From Klebsormidium nitens (lineage: Eukaryota > Plantae > Klebsormidiophyceae): a stretch of 64,000 nucleotides of DNA. The stretch lies in contig DF237410.1 of the NCBI GenBank assembly GCA_000708835.1, positions 11,980 to 75,979 on the forward strand, read 5' to 3'. Below, piece by piece: positions 11,775 through 25,952 of the stretch. Each line of letters begins with the position of its first letter. Position 1 is the stretch's first letter. Below the pieces are notes generated by a model, which saw only the letters and a list, made by a program, of their open reading frames with translations, was not told the origin of the DNA and made no database searches. A program made the translations under genes and the position numbers.

Positions 11775-13495
11775 CTATGCCTTGGAATCCTTGGCCTCCT
11801 TCTCCGCCTCTGCGGCGCGCTTCTTCCTCTTGCCCTCCAGCCGCACGTTGGTGCGCTCGATGCGCAGCTTGCCGTACGCGCGCGCCTCCTGCAGCTCCGC
11901 CGTCACCTTCACCAGCTCCAGCGGGGCAGCGCTGCGCACCGCCGGCAGCAGCGCGCCCGTCAGCTGCGTGGCCTGCGCCAGCTCCTCTGCACTCGAGTCG
12001 CCAGCCTGGAGAGGACACGCACGCGCTCAGCACACACACATGGGCCCAGCAATGTACCAAGCCGATGAGAAGCACCACGAGCAACCCCGAACTCAGTGCA
12101 AACAGGAGCGGCTAGGCCCCACACAATCCTGCCGGCCCCACTGGCACCAAGTGGCCTCCTGAGCCTCCATGATGAGGACCCAATTCTTAGGGGACGTCAA
12201 TTTCCTGATGCCGGACCCGGTTTCTGGGCCTCTCTATCATCATGGTGCCTCCCTGATGTCCTCGCTCAGCCGCCAAGTGCCCGGTTGTTGCTAGGAGCGC
12301 CCCAACGCGAGGGGCCCAAAGCAGTGCCCCCTCCAGCTTAATGCCCCCTCTACTTCTGCCGCTGCAACCATTATCAGGCAAGCTGGCCATAGACAACAGG
12401 CCAGTGGCTGCCCCCCCCTCTGCTCTCCCCAGTTGGATCCAGTGGGCCAAAGCACTGGGCTTGGATAATCCAGCTATTACAGGCCATCCCGCATGACCGA
12501 GGAGCACTTGCAGCCCCCAAACTGTCAAGCAGTGGTAATGAGTGCCACTGTGACAGCAGGCCGAGCTCTTTCGCACAACTCTCTCCGTGTCGCCTCCCTG
12601 TGTTGATATCACACTGCGTCGCTGTCCCCTTGCCTCTGCTCCTGCCTGGGCGCAGCACGCTGTGCACCTGGTTCGCTCACCTTTGGCTTCTTGGACCTGC
12701 GTGGGAACACAATCAGCTTCGACTTGTACGCCTTGAGCCGCGCCACGTTCTCCTGCAGGCCCTCCAGGCTGCGGTTCTTGCGCCGGTGGTCCACAGCGAT
12801 GCCGATGGTGGGGGCCAGCTTGGAGGGGATGCCCGCCTCCTGCCACACGACAGCGCGCACGCCAGTCACACACTGGAAGGGCCTGCTGCCCAACAGCAAC
12901 AGTCAACAGCTGTCTGACGTCCGACTCATGCAACTTCAAGAGATAGAAACTATCCTGCCCGCAACCTCCCGCCCATGACGTCCGAAGAAGCAGAACGAGC
13001 GGTAACGGTAGTGGGAGAGGCAGAAAAGCCGTTCTGCTGAAGGGCAAGCACTGAGCTCCGAAGAGACAGACAAGCAGAACGATTGCTCCATGTGATCTGT
13101 GCCTACCTTGAGCTCCTCCAGGGTGAACCCGCGGCCTGCCCGCTGCTTGCTGTTGTACCTAACTGTTTGCGACCGCACAATTGGCCTCAAAGCACCAGCA
13201 GTTGGGCGGGGGAACACACGGACGGCCTTAGCATCACGGGCTGCAGGGGGGACGCAGCAGCAGTCAGAGCTCTGCCAAACTTGACATTGAGATCCAGTAA
13301 GAAAAGTTTGCTGACAAATTAACAGAACCAATGTAAACATGTGAGCACATCGAGGAGTCTCCAAACAGCCCCGACATCAACCCTACCTAGACGTCTTCTC
13401 TTCTTGCGGGCTGGCTGGTTGAACCATGTCTTGACGTAGGACTGCCAGTCCTTCTTGAAGTGCTGGTGGGGCACCTCATTGTTGTGCTTCACCAT
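11775..13495 (-). CDS. RPL13: 60S ribosomal protein L13 (eL13), 4 coding exons
   Basis: [31 protein letters not shown]; [12 protein letters not shown]; [35 protein letters not shown]; [28 protein letters not shown], with TAG at 11775-11777. Confidence 0.97.
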
Positions 13496-14041
13496 CTTGC
13501 CAGGACCTGCGCTGCCCGGAGCAGGACGGGAACAGCAGTCAGAAAGGGTAACGCCGACCAGAAAGCTCAAAACAAAAAGAATCAAGCTGCCAAAACGAAC
13601 TGAAGGACTACTTGCACCAAATTGCAAGCGCTCCTCGCTGCCGCCATATATTCATCACAGCTGTGCCTCAGTGAACCCAATGCAGGCTGGGGGCATGTAA
13701 AGATGGACCACGACGCCAATCGTCCTGACGTTATCACATCGCACATGGCGTACCTGCGTCACACGCCCAGCGCTGCAAGCTTGGAAAGAGGACGAGTGTG
13801 GTGGCCTCCCTTCCTGTTTGAAGCAAGTGAAAGGTCGCCGGAATTAAGGTCGTCCTCGTAGGTCTTCTTGTCAAGTCACAGTCGTGTAAACAGGCTTCAT
13901 TGAATGAGCATGTTGAAAGTCGAAGAGGAACTTCGATGATGTTCGGCGACAGCCACAGGGCGATAAGAGACATCGAGCAGCGCTGTGTTCCTCCTCTTTC
14001 GTCTTCTACGACTCGCGCAGGGGGTCACGTGCGCCGTCGCC

Positions 14042-15801
<1,760 letters not shown>

Positions 15802-16597
15802 GCGAACAGACTGCATATCTTGCAAGGACCGTGCAACAGTTCCAGCTCGGAGTTGCAATGAAGTGCACATGGTTTGTTTCGTCTTGGATTTGAGAGATGG
15901 TCGATGGTGTGTCCTGTCATGTTGCAGCAGGCATAGAGGCTTGCAGACGCGCACAATGTGACAAGCATGTGGATAGATCCGGGTAATAATTTGGGACATG
16001 CATGCGCTGCCCCCGAATGCCGTTGCTAGGTTAGTAGTTATCAAAGCCACACATCGATATAACACATATATGTGACATGATGGTCATTTCAATCTCTGTG
16101 CCCGGGCGAAATGTATCATGTATGCACAAGCTGGATGTTGCCCGCGTAGGTCACATCTTGGTCATTCTGGCAATTTTGCGCCCTGCCAAATATAATCACA
16201 TGATGCATGGTGGCTGATAACGTAGATGACTGTCGATTCATCCTCACCCGGACTACATTTGTCGCAGTCAAAGGGAATCAATCAAATACAAAGTTGTTGT
16301 CGCTAATTGAATACATTAGTATGTACACCATCGTCAAGCCGAGTTCTCCACCTTGACAAGCAAACTGGGGACTATAATATGCTTCGCACATGCTTCGGAA
16401 GAGCCGCAAGATTCTTACTCATGCTCCTTTTACGAGCCTCCCTACCAGCTCGGACCAAATCCTTTCCTGAAATCTGCAATGTGTTGATTCCCTACCATGG
16501 TCGCGAACCTCCTCTTCCGAATTGGCGGTGCGGCATGACCGTGGCACGCGCGATCACTGTGTTGGAGGCACCGCCAGCGGCTGCCCCGGCTGTGGCG

Positions 16598-19161
16598 TCA
16601 ACACTGTGAACTCCGGACTCGCAATTTTCTGCAGAGCGTGTCCAAACAGCCGTTTCTACAAGCTGAGCACGAAATTCTCAGCCAAGATGTTGTCGAGTCC
16701 CAGGCCAAATGCAACAGAAAGCGCAGGCTCGAGCATGCCACCTCGACTTGGACTCCCTGTCGATGCGGCGCAGTGTGAGCGTGGCCGGACGTAGGCAAGA
16801 CACGTCGATGACAGCGCAGCGACTGCTCTGCGCCCCCGCGCTTGCCGTCGTCCTGCAGCGGGGGTGTCCCGCGAGGGCGCCTCACCTGGAAGGCCTCGGG
16901 GCCGCTGCCCGTCTTCACGATGGCACTCAGGAGCCCCGTCGCCTCCAGGTCCCCGTTGAGCATGGGCACGATGTACCTGAAGCAACGCGCGCCAGTCAGT
17001 GGCTGCACCAACAGGGGCGCACACCAGCAGGAGTGCCAAGGCTGCGCCACAACCTGCGGCTCACACTAGCTGCTGCAATTGACAAGTGGAGGGACATTTC
17101 TTGCTGAGAAGGAATCGGGGATGCGCCCCGCGACCAGCGATTGAACCCCCTTCTCCGTTGACCTGCGATCGTGATGCGGGTGGGGGCACTCACGTGGCCT
17201 TGAGCTGGCGCGCCAACTCCACGGCGCGCTCCTCGCCCGCCACCAGGCTGTAGCCCAAGATGTTCTGGGACACCGACGGTGTGATCACGCAGTCCACCTG
17301 CAGGGGGGGCCACGGAACAGCGTCAGAGCGCCACCCAGCGACGGCCATTCCGCCGCACAGATGCACGCAGTCCTTCTTGGATTCAATCGCTTGACAGCCC
17401 TACTGGATACAACCACTTGACATTCGATGCATATCCACAACTGGTGTGGCAAAGAAGCAGGAAGGGGAAGACTTGTATGAGCATACCTGCTCGTCTTTGC
17501 TGATGTCGTCAAACTTGCAGTGTGGTTCGTAGTAAAGAGAGAAGTCGGGCCCTTTGGTGGAGACGACGTAGCCGTTCTCGCGCGCCTGCCAGGGGGGCCC
17601 CACGCGGTCCCCCGGGGTGGCGCGCACCGTGATGGACGACCCATCCGCGCCTGAGACAGACGTCGTCTGATCGTGCGCGAGCACAACCAGCTGCAATCTC
17701 AGAATAAGGGGGGCAGGGTTAGCAAGAAGTGTACTGAAAGGCGTACTCCAAACATGCGGCAGCGGGGCAGGAGCAGCATGGAGCAGGCCCCAACAGCAAG
17801 CGCACCCCCACCCGGCCATTGCTCACTACCAGCAAGGGAGGGCACCAGCCCCGTGGGGAGGGGGTGAGGGCAGTGAGCAAGCAACCCTTGTATAGACAGG
17901 CACCAGCATGGGTGAGGCAGGGAGCACGCATCCAGGGGCGCCCCGCTCAGGCCTGCCCTGCATCCACGCGGCAGGACTGCAAAGACGCCCACAATTGTGG
18001 CCTGGAAACTCGACTCCTGCCCATCTCACGTTTTTGAAGAGGGGCTCCAGCTTGCTTTGTGCGCTGGGGGGTGCAATGACAAGCAGGGTGGGGCGCGCGC
18101 GGGCAACCTCGCGTAGCGTCTTCATGTGGCAGTGGTCCTCCAGGGACTGCGTGATGAGCACCGCGTCCAGGGGGGGCAGCCCCGCCACCTGCAGACACCC
18201 AGGGGGGAAAAGCAGGGTCATGCAACAAAGGGACCAAGCGGGCCTGCAATCGTGTCTGCGGGCCACTTTGCAATACTTCCCAGAAAGTACCCACCCTTGA
18301 AAACAGCGCAAACTACCACTTCTCATGCCGCATTGAATTGCTGTTGAGGCCATCGGTGACAACCACTTCCTTGAAGACTTGCTGCCAGCCAAACTCTGAT
18401 GCCCTCCCCTGCCCCCTCGTTCTGCCTGCCCTGCCCACTGAGCTGGTGCTAGCAATCACTGCAGGCCCATACTGTGATCCCCACAACCGGCTGGCGCTGG
18501 CTGCTCACTGTGAGGTCTTTGGTGGCGCGCTTCTTGGCAGAGTAGAAGAGCGGGATGTTGAAGTCCAGCTCCGCCAGCAGCCAGGGGTCGACCAGCAGCC
18601 GCACGCCCGCCACCTCCCAGATCCACCCGTTGTTCTCCAGCCACGTCAGCTGGGCCAGCCCCGCGGGCACCGCCTTCGCAGGCGCAGCCGACTCAACAGC
18701 ATGCGCAGGCAAAGCAGCAGGCCTCTGCCTGCAAAGGGAGCAGACAGCGTGGGCCGTGTCACTGCCAACCAGGGCAGCGCAGCAAGCCAAGTGCGGGAAC
18801 AACTGCTCAGCATTCAAAAGTTGGAGGGGAACCTGCAGGGGCAGTGCTAGGAACAGAAGCCAGCGACTTTCCCAGTCACTGTGCTGATGAAGCAGAATGG
18901 CCCTCACCTGTCCCCCAGCATTGCACCTGGTGGGCTGGTCTTGGCTGTGCCTCCAAGCACCCCACCTGCTACCCTCAACAGGCTGCTCATGCGGAGGGTG
19001 GGTGACTCAAGGCCCCAGCTGGCTCGCGGGTGCGCCGCCGCAGGATCCAAGACGGCCTGCAAGCGGTGGTGGTCAGAGCGGGGCCTCTCAGATGTTGCTG
19101 TTGATGCGCCCAGACCGCTCGTGATGCGGGCATGCAGCAATGCTGTGGCGGCATTGGCCAT
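16598..19161 (-). CDS. Metallo-beta-lactamase-fold hydrolase, probably plastid-targeted; 3' end uncertain
   Basis: Transit-peptide-like start, then LTWLENNGWIWEVAGVRLLVDPW, DAVLITQSLEDHCH, GPPWQARENGY, LYYEPH and YIVPMLNGDLEATGLL. This matches the plant/cyanobacterial MBL-like family. The last exon could not be fixed, so the end coordinate is taken from the ORF track. Confidence 0.8.
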
Positions 19162-19686
19162 GGCAGGCGGCGTCCACCTTGGAACTCCGCAACACGAGCT
19201 TCAGCCTTAATAGTAGGTACCCTGGGCCTAGGGGTCGGACAGTTGATCAGAGCACAGGGATGCAGCTCTAGCCTCTAGTAGGCTAGTAGGTAGTAGAGGT
19301 ACATAGTAGCTTCCTCTTTGGCAGAGCAGCTTGAAGTTGCGGTGAGCGTGGACTCGGGCTGAGGAGGCTTGCTTGTGGTAACGTGGTATCTCGAAGACCG
19401 TCGATCGAACATTCTTCACAAATCCGACGACTAAGCTGCAAGACTAGACGATCGCGCGAGCTCCATTTGTGTGCCGGTTTGCCAAGCATCAATTGGCAAG
19501 AGGCCGGCCTCGATACCGTAGTGAAGTTGACTGCATGAAAGTGTAGAAAGTTGTGCACGGCGGTGTCTTGCCCCTAACTTTTAAAGAATAGGGCTGCAGG
19601 GGCTGTGTGTGTGGCGTCTTCCAGGGCTGTCTTACTATTAGCGTTCGTTGCAGCGCCACTCGCAGAATCTGATCAAATTCGCATCA

Positions 19687-21891
19687 ATGGAGGCCGCCTA
19701 CATGACGACAGCGTGCGTGCCCCTGTGTGTGCCCCAGATTACTCTTAGAGGTGCTCAGCAGTCTCGCGGTCCAGCTGGAAGGACGTGGTACCTGTTGTTT
19801 GCGCTAGGGCAGCCATCGCAAGTGGCACGCCAGAAGAATCACGGCGGCCAGCATTGCTGTTCTCAAGGACGAACAGCAGCTCGTTCAGAGGCGGTTGTTG
19901 CTGCCAGTTTTGCGCCGCAATCAAGGCCTGAGACCGCTTATTCGACACAAGGAGAATGCCGTCTTTGGAGACAGCTGGTGGTGCTGCAGGACAGGAGTAC
20001 CAGAGGTGAACATTGTGGGTGGCCGGGCACACGAAGTGCCCACACCATTCGGGAAAGTGTTTTTCAAGCAATGGGCAACACGCAAGATGGTGGGGACCTC
20101 ACAGACCTGCTGACCCCGCGAAGGCTGCCAGGAGGCGAGGCGGCACAGGGAGACGAGAGAGGCAGAAAGTCAGAGAGAGCGTGTAAGCGGTGCCAAGGTA
20201 GGGCTGCCAAGAGCTGCCCAATTGTCCGCACTGCTTGCCCAGTCTCATAGAAAGGGTGCCCATTGTTGCACGCACTTGCTGAAGGCCACCGCTTGCTGTG
20301 TTGTCAGCCACTGCTTGCTGTCCCTGGTTGATTGTTGACATTCTGCCCGCTCCAGATTGCTGAGGTATGGCTGGCACTTTCTTTCTGGCGTGGCCTACAA
20401 CCATTCCTCCTGCATCGCACAGGAACGCACCTGATCACCTGCGCAAAGTGTAACGGCAGGGGCAGGCTGTCCCCCCGGGGGGGCTATCACAAAAAGAACC
20501 CAGTGTCCATGGAGAAGATCGAAGGTGAGACGAGTGTTGGGTATGCTGGACCGATGACGTTTTCTTATGTAAGGAGGACCTGTGAAGCTATTTTCAAATT
20601 ATGATTGTTTCAGTTTCCTCCTGCAATTGGGCTCACTTTGAACTCCGCTTAGTCTCCTGGCCGGCACCCTTGGCGCGCTTGATTCCGAGTGCCAGGGCAA
20701 TGAACGAACCCCAATTTCAGCTCAGTCCTTCATTTGGACCCCAGTCCGGCCTCTATGCTTCAGTTGGACCCTAATCGCACCTGACCAAGCTGTGGCCTCT
20801 TAGCGAAGCGAGGGCAGGAGGGGACAGCGTAACACAAACAAATTAACGATGGCAGCACTGTGTCCAAGGGCCACTACCCGTTCGCTCAGATGAACAGTGG
20901 GTGGGCTGTGGTATGATACTTGAGTGGTCGTCATCACGCGAGTGCCTCGCTGGCTCTCGCAGCGGCCCTGCTCAACGCTGGAAGAATAACAGGCTGTGAC
21001 GGTTTTAATTGTCTGCTTATGATACGGACGTCAGGATGCCAGATCGGTGGAACCCATGCCTGGAGCTTGGCTGCCAGTTGGTCTCAGTGCGTGCCGCGTG
21101 GCTGTCCTGCTTCAGGGTCGCAGTGGACCGCCATGGAGCGCACCCTGGGCTGGCGCCACTTCCGTGTGGCGGGCAAGCGGCGCGGCCCGGAGGCAGCGGC
21201 AGCGGGCGGGAGCGCGGCGTGGCTGGTAGAGATGGTGGCCACGTGCGACCCCTCCGCGCGGCTCTGGATCAATGCGCAGGTACGCTGCGGGATGGCTGGG
21301 CCGCAGGGACCTGAGGGGGAGGCACCCATTGCAAGGCTGCCTGTCTCCTGCTAGTCGACTTGTCAAAATGTCAGGCCTACTGCCGTTTCCCTTTTGCATA
21401 ACGGCGTGGCCTGGGTTCTTGCGCAGTCCTGGCCGGCTTGCGCTTGCTCTTCTTTGCTGGTTAGAAGGCTGCCTGAATCTTGCAGAGCTCGCAACCAACG
21501 TTCAAGTATCGACTGTCATCATGTAAGCATTTCGGCTCTCCGCCCATGCAGCGCCAGGCTCGTTGGTTGCAAAAAAATCCAATGCTTGACCCCGACTGCC
21601 TCGAGGCTCTCTTTGATGAAGCCATGATTGTGGTTGCAGAATTTGAGGGACCGGGAACACTGGAGCATGGGCTGGCTGCAGAAAGCAGAGCTGGCCGCAA
21701 GAACGGATGAAGACTCGGAAGCAGGGAAAGTTTGTAAAGCATGCCACGGAAGTAAAAGTGTGGCATGCCCGGCCTGTATAGCTTCTCGGAAGAAACTCGA
21801 ACGGAAAGAGAAAGCATCAAATACTAGGAACACCGACCTGCTTATTGGACGTGAAACGAAACTCGATACATCTAAAGCGCACGAAACGTGA
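19687..21891 (+). CDS. DnaJ-like Cys-rich zinc-finger protein with an inserted Trp-rich DUF2389/TIGR02450-like domain, putative plastid protein, 321 aa
   Basis: Exons 19687-20005, 20069-20197, 20423-20524, 21116-21279 and 21640-21891 sum to 966 nt and stay in frame with GT-AG junctions. Product: CKRCQG-x5-CAKCNGRG ... GSQWTAMERTLGWRHFRV...EMVATCDPSARLWINAQNLRDREHWSMGW ... CKACHGSKSVACPAC. Confidence 0.85.
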
Positions 21892-22939
21892 GCTTTTATG
21901 CTTGGAGTTGTATGCATAGCTGGTTACTGGTTAATGGTTTTATACTGAAGCTTGCTGCAGTGCACATGTAGGAAGAGCTGCAAACGAATATTTACAGATT
22001 CGCATCCTGAAAGATCAGTACGTATTGCGTTCTCGCGTTTAAGAATCTTTTACGCGCGCAATCCACATGTAAACTCAGTGTACCGGTACATCCGGAGCGT
22101 GCGGCAGCTTATGGTAGTGCTGCCGCCAAGCTATGTTCGTAAGTTCAGGTTGCACATTGATCTAGCGGTATATAAATCGACACGGGTAATTCTCGCATCC
22201 TCAAACTTGCAACCGAAAAGTTCGTGCTTGTAGAAAAACTGGCCTTTGGAGCAAGCTGGCACATGCACGAGCGCCCAAGATGCACATGAACGACGACACC
22301 ACGTATTGAAGCGACAATTCGAAGACAAGCATGATGGCCAACATTTCAAGCTCACCAGGGGTGGCATTGCCTTGAATGGCCGGCCTAGATATATGTGGCA
22401 GCCCGAGCAGCTAAAGCATTGCATGCATGAGCAATAGACTCAGCGATGTACCTTTCTCGTTGCAAAAGCAGTGGACAGCCTTTTCCAGGTAGCAGCACCA
22501 GCCAAGCCAAATGCTTGTGAAAATGTTATCTACATCAGCATCAGCAGCCTTGTAGCCTTGCCGTGACTGGGGCCCACTGCCGCCATAGCGATGGATATGA
22601 ACGGTGAAGGCGCAGATCGCTTGGTTGATGTAGTTTTCAACCGGATTACACAAAGTCGAGCAGCACTCATACCAACTCAGCGCAGCGACCCGTACACCAC
22701 ATTCGAGGGCTGCTGCTCCTCATATGACTCATCAAAGACATCAAAGAAGGTCGACAATCTCCCTCCTCGCCAAAACGACCAACCAAACGAAAACTCGAGC
22801 CAAGAAACCGCAGGCATGTCTCGTGGCCAGGGCACCGAGGTTACCGTTCTGCCACCCGCGCCTTCGAACTTGCTTCCACGAATGCCTGCACCAGGAGGCA
22901 AACACGTAAGTCAGGCTGCAGTCGACGAATGGGTGTCGC

Positions 22940-24824
22940 TCACAGAGGGAGCCTCCCGGGAGAGAAAGGCCCGGCCAACAGATGCTGCAGAGACCTGGCA
23001 GGGGGGCCTGCAACCGCGATCTCGAAAAGCTGCTGCAGCGTGGCAGGTCGGGCCCCCACCTGCTGCGCTTCGCGGGAGCACTGGGTGAAGGCCCGCACGA
23101 CATCGGCACACTGGAGGGGGTCCTGCACGCACGCGGGGCGCTCGCAGAGTCAGGGCGACCGGGGCCAGGGCAGTGCAGCAGCGGGAGAAGAGGCAAGGGG
23201 CAAGCCACGAGAATGGGCCTACACAAGGGCGAGCCTGCCAGTCAGGTGCTCTTATGAAAAGGTGCATGCCTGGAAGCGTCCCTAGCAGGGGCAGCACGGC
23301 AGGGACGGGCCACCCTAGGGGCGCAGGAGCTGCAGGCGAACAGCACGCACCTGCTGGTGAACGGAGTAGCAGCGCAGGCAGGCGTCACGGTGGGCAGCGC
23401 ATGGAGGCGGCCGCGAGGGCGCCCTGCAAGCACAGCCAGGCAACAAGGTCGGCGGCGCCGCTGGAACGTACACGGAGTCGACTAGAATGACCAGAGCCAA
23501 TCGGCAACCGCATGACTGCCGCTTGAGGTGGCCCGTTCCAGGTGAGAGGTGAGTACTTCTTAGCCACGAGACGCTTCAACTGAGAGACCACTAGACAAGC
23601 AGCGAGTTAGGGGGAACTAATGTGGACGCCAAATTGACGCAGAAGAGGTCACGTCAACAATTCTGATGCCATCGATTCCTTGGTGAGCATGCTCAGACAT
23701 CCAAATCCAGGTTGGTGAACCTGGCTACCACCTGATTGAGAAGGGCCAACACGTCAGCAGGGCTACCCCAGAGTAAAGGGCTAGAGTCGCGCCACCCAGC
23801 GTGCCAGCCACAGCACCCTTGACATGGTGAGACCCAGGCGCGCCGCCTCGCGCGCGGCCTGCCATCTCACCTGTACTCTTGGTCGTGCAGGCGGTGCGCC
23901 AGCACGCGCACCTGGCTCAGCTCCTCCTCCTCGCGCTTCAGCAGCAGCGCACCCACGTGCTCCTGCACGCACGCCGCCAAGGGAGGCACGCTCAGGAGGG
24001 GTGCTCACCAGGGGGACACGGACATGCGCCAAAGAAGATACGCGAGGCCCACATGCTGCGTAATCTCAACCCCCAAAATATGGGCAGCCGACAGAGGTCC
24101 CCCCTGGAGGCTGTGGTCAGTGTCCTTGTTGCATCATCTTTGTCCCTTCAGTCCTGACAAATCGCCCCGGGGCTACGCTGCGCAAAATCCTCACGCTCTC
24201 TGCCAGTGCCCTCTTGATGGGCGCCAGGTCCGCGGGCAGCGGCTCCTCTGCTGCTTCATGCCGCCCCGCCCCTCCGCCCGGCCTTGCAAAGTGCAAAAAT
24301 CCTGGAATGCCTGGGGGCATGCTGCCGGGCATGCCCCGGGGGTGGCCAGGCGGGGATGGCCTAGCTTGATTCCAGTGCGTGAGCGCACTGGTGCCGCCGC
24401 CGCTGGGGCCGGCGGAGTCTGTTGGTGGGGCCCGCTGTGCTGCGGCCTGGTCTGCCTCCTGGCGCTGCTGGCGCTCGTACTGGCGGCGACGCTCCTCCAC
24501 GCGCTCACGCCCGGCAGGGGTGTCCCGCGCTAACTTCTCAAGCAGAGTGGTCGAGAACTAAGGAGAAGGGGCGGGGAGGCACTCAGAATACGTCATCAAG
24601 TTTAGCAAATAGATGCACACCAGTCCTTCAGAAGCACCTAACCACCAAGATCAAGAGGAATTGGGAATCACGCAGAGGAGCTGTTGATTGATACATAGCT
24701 GCCAATAGCGAACAGCAAACGGAAAATCAACCACGAGTAAGTAAGCGATGTGTATGACTTCATGTTTCCAACGTTGTGATTGAATGCTCACCACAACATT
24801 GAACTTGGTTTCAGTTTCCGCCAT
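22940..24824 (-). CDS. Coiled-coil plus twin-CX9C (CHCH) protein, MICOS Mic19/DUF1690-like; 3' end uncertain
   Basis: MAETETKFNVV|FSTTLLEKLARD...RRRQYERQQRQE; EHVGALLLKREEEELSQVRVLAHRLHDQEYR|APSRPPPCAAHRDACLRCYSVHQQ|DPLQCADVVRAFTQCSREAQQ. This is C-x9-C-x10-C-x9-C at the C-terminus, with GT-AG junctions. Confidence 0.65.
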
Positions 24825-25175
24825 GGAAACGGGAAAAGACCGCAGCGCAACCACGGAGGTTGATCACATTCACAGATGTTGTCAAGAGCGTGAAAGAACT
24901 TTTTGACCGGACCAACTCTTGGAGAAGCGAGCGCCTGAGTTCGTAGCAGTTCGAATATCTTAGCAGCGGTGAAAGTGAAAGACATTCAATTTCAATGCTT
25001 TCTGCTGGCAGATCTCCTCAATTGTACAAGGGGCTACTAGGCTGCGCCGTATGTGCGAGCGCGACCGGAGGTGTCCCGACTGCCGACTAACCGGGGGGCG
25101 TATGTCGCGCCGTCGTGAGGGAGAACGGCAGAACAGGGCTGCCGTCTCTGGAGTCTCTAGGACTGTTGTCACCCC

Positions 25176-25952
25176 NNNNNNNNNNNNNNNNNNNNNNNNN
25201 NNNNNNNNNNNNNNNNNNNNNNNNNNNNNNNNNNNNNNNNNNNNNNNNNNNNNNNNNNNNNNNNNNNNNNNNNNNNNNNNNNNNNNNNNNNNNNNNNNNN
25301 NNNNNNNNNNNNNNNNNNNNNNNNNNNNNNNNNNNNNNNNNNNNNNNNNNNNNNNNNNNNNNNNNNNNNNNNNNNNNNNNNNNNNNNNNNNNNNNNNNNN
25401 NNNNNNNNNNNNNNNNNNNNNNNNNNNNNNNNNNNNNNNNNNNNNNNNNNNNNNNNNNNNNNNNNNNNNNNNNNNNNNNNNNNNNNNNNNNNNNNNNNNN
25501 NNNNNNNNNNNNNNNNNNNNNNNNNNNNNNNNNNNNNNNNNNNNNNNNNNNNNNNNNNNNNNNNNNNNNNNNNNNNNNNNNNNNNNNNNNNNNNNNNNNN
25601 NNNNNNNNNNNNNNNNNNNNNNNNNNNNNNNNNNNNNNNNNNNNNNNNNNNNNNNNNNNNNNNNNNNNNNNNNNNNNNNNNNNNNNNNNNNNNNNNNNNN
25701 NNNNNNNNNNNNNNNNNNNNNNNNNNNNNNNNNNNNNNNNNNNNNNNNNNNNNNNNNNNNNNNNNNNNNNNNNNNNNNNNNNNNNNNNNNNNNNNNNNNN
25801 NNNNNNNNNNNNNNNNNNNNNNNNNNNNNNNNNNNNNNNNNNNNNNNNNNNNNNNNNNNNNNNNNNNNNNNNNNNNNNNNNNNNNNNNNNNNNNNNNNNN
25901 NNNNNNNNNNNNNNNNNNNNNNNNNNNNNNNNNNNNNNNNNNNNNNNNNNNN
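25176..25952. other. Assembly gap (777 N)
   Basis: Run of n characters. The X-filled ORFs at 25051-26059 are artefacts of it. Confidence 1.
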
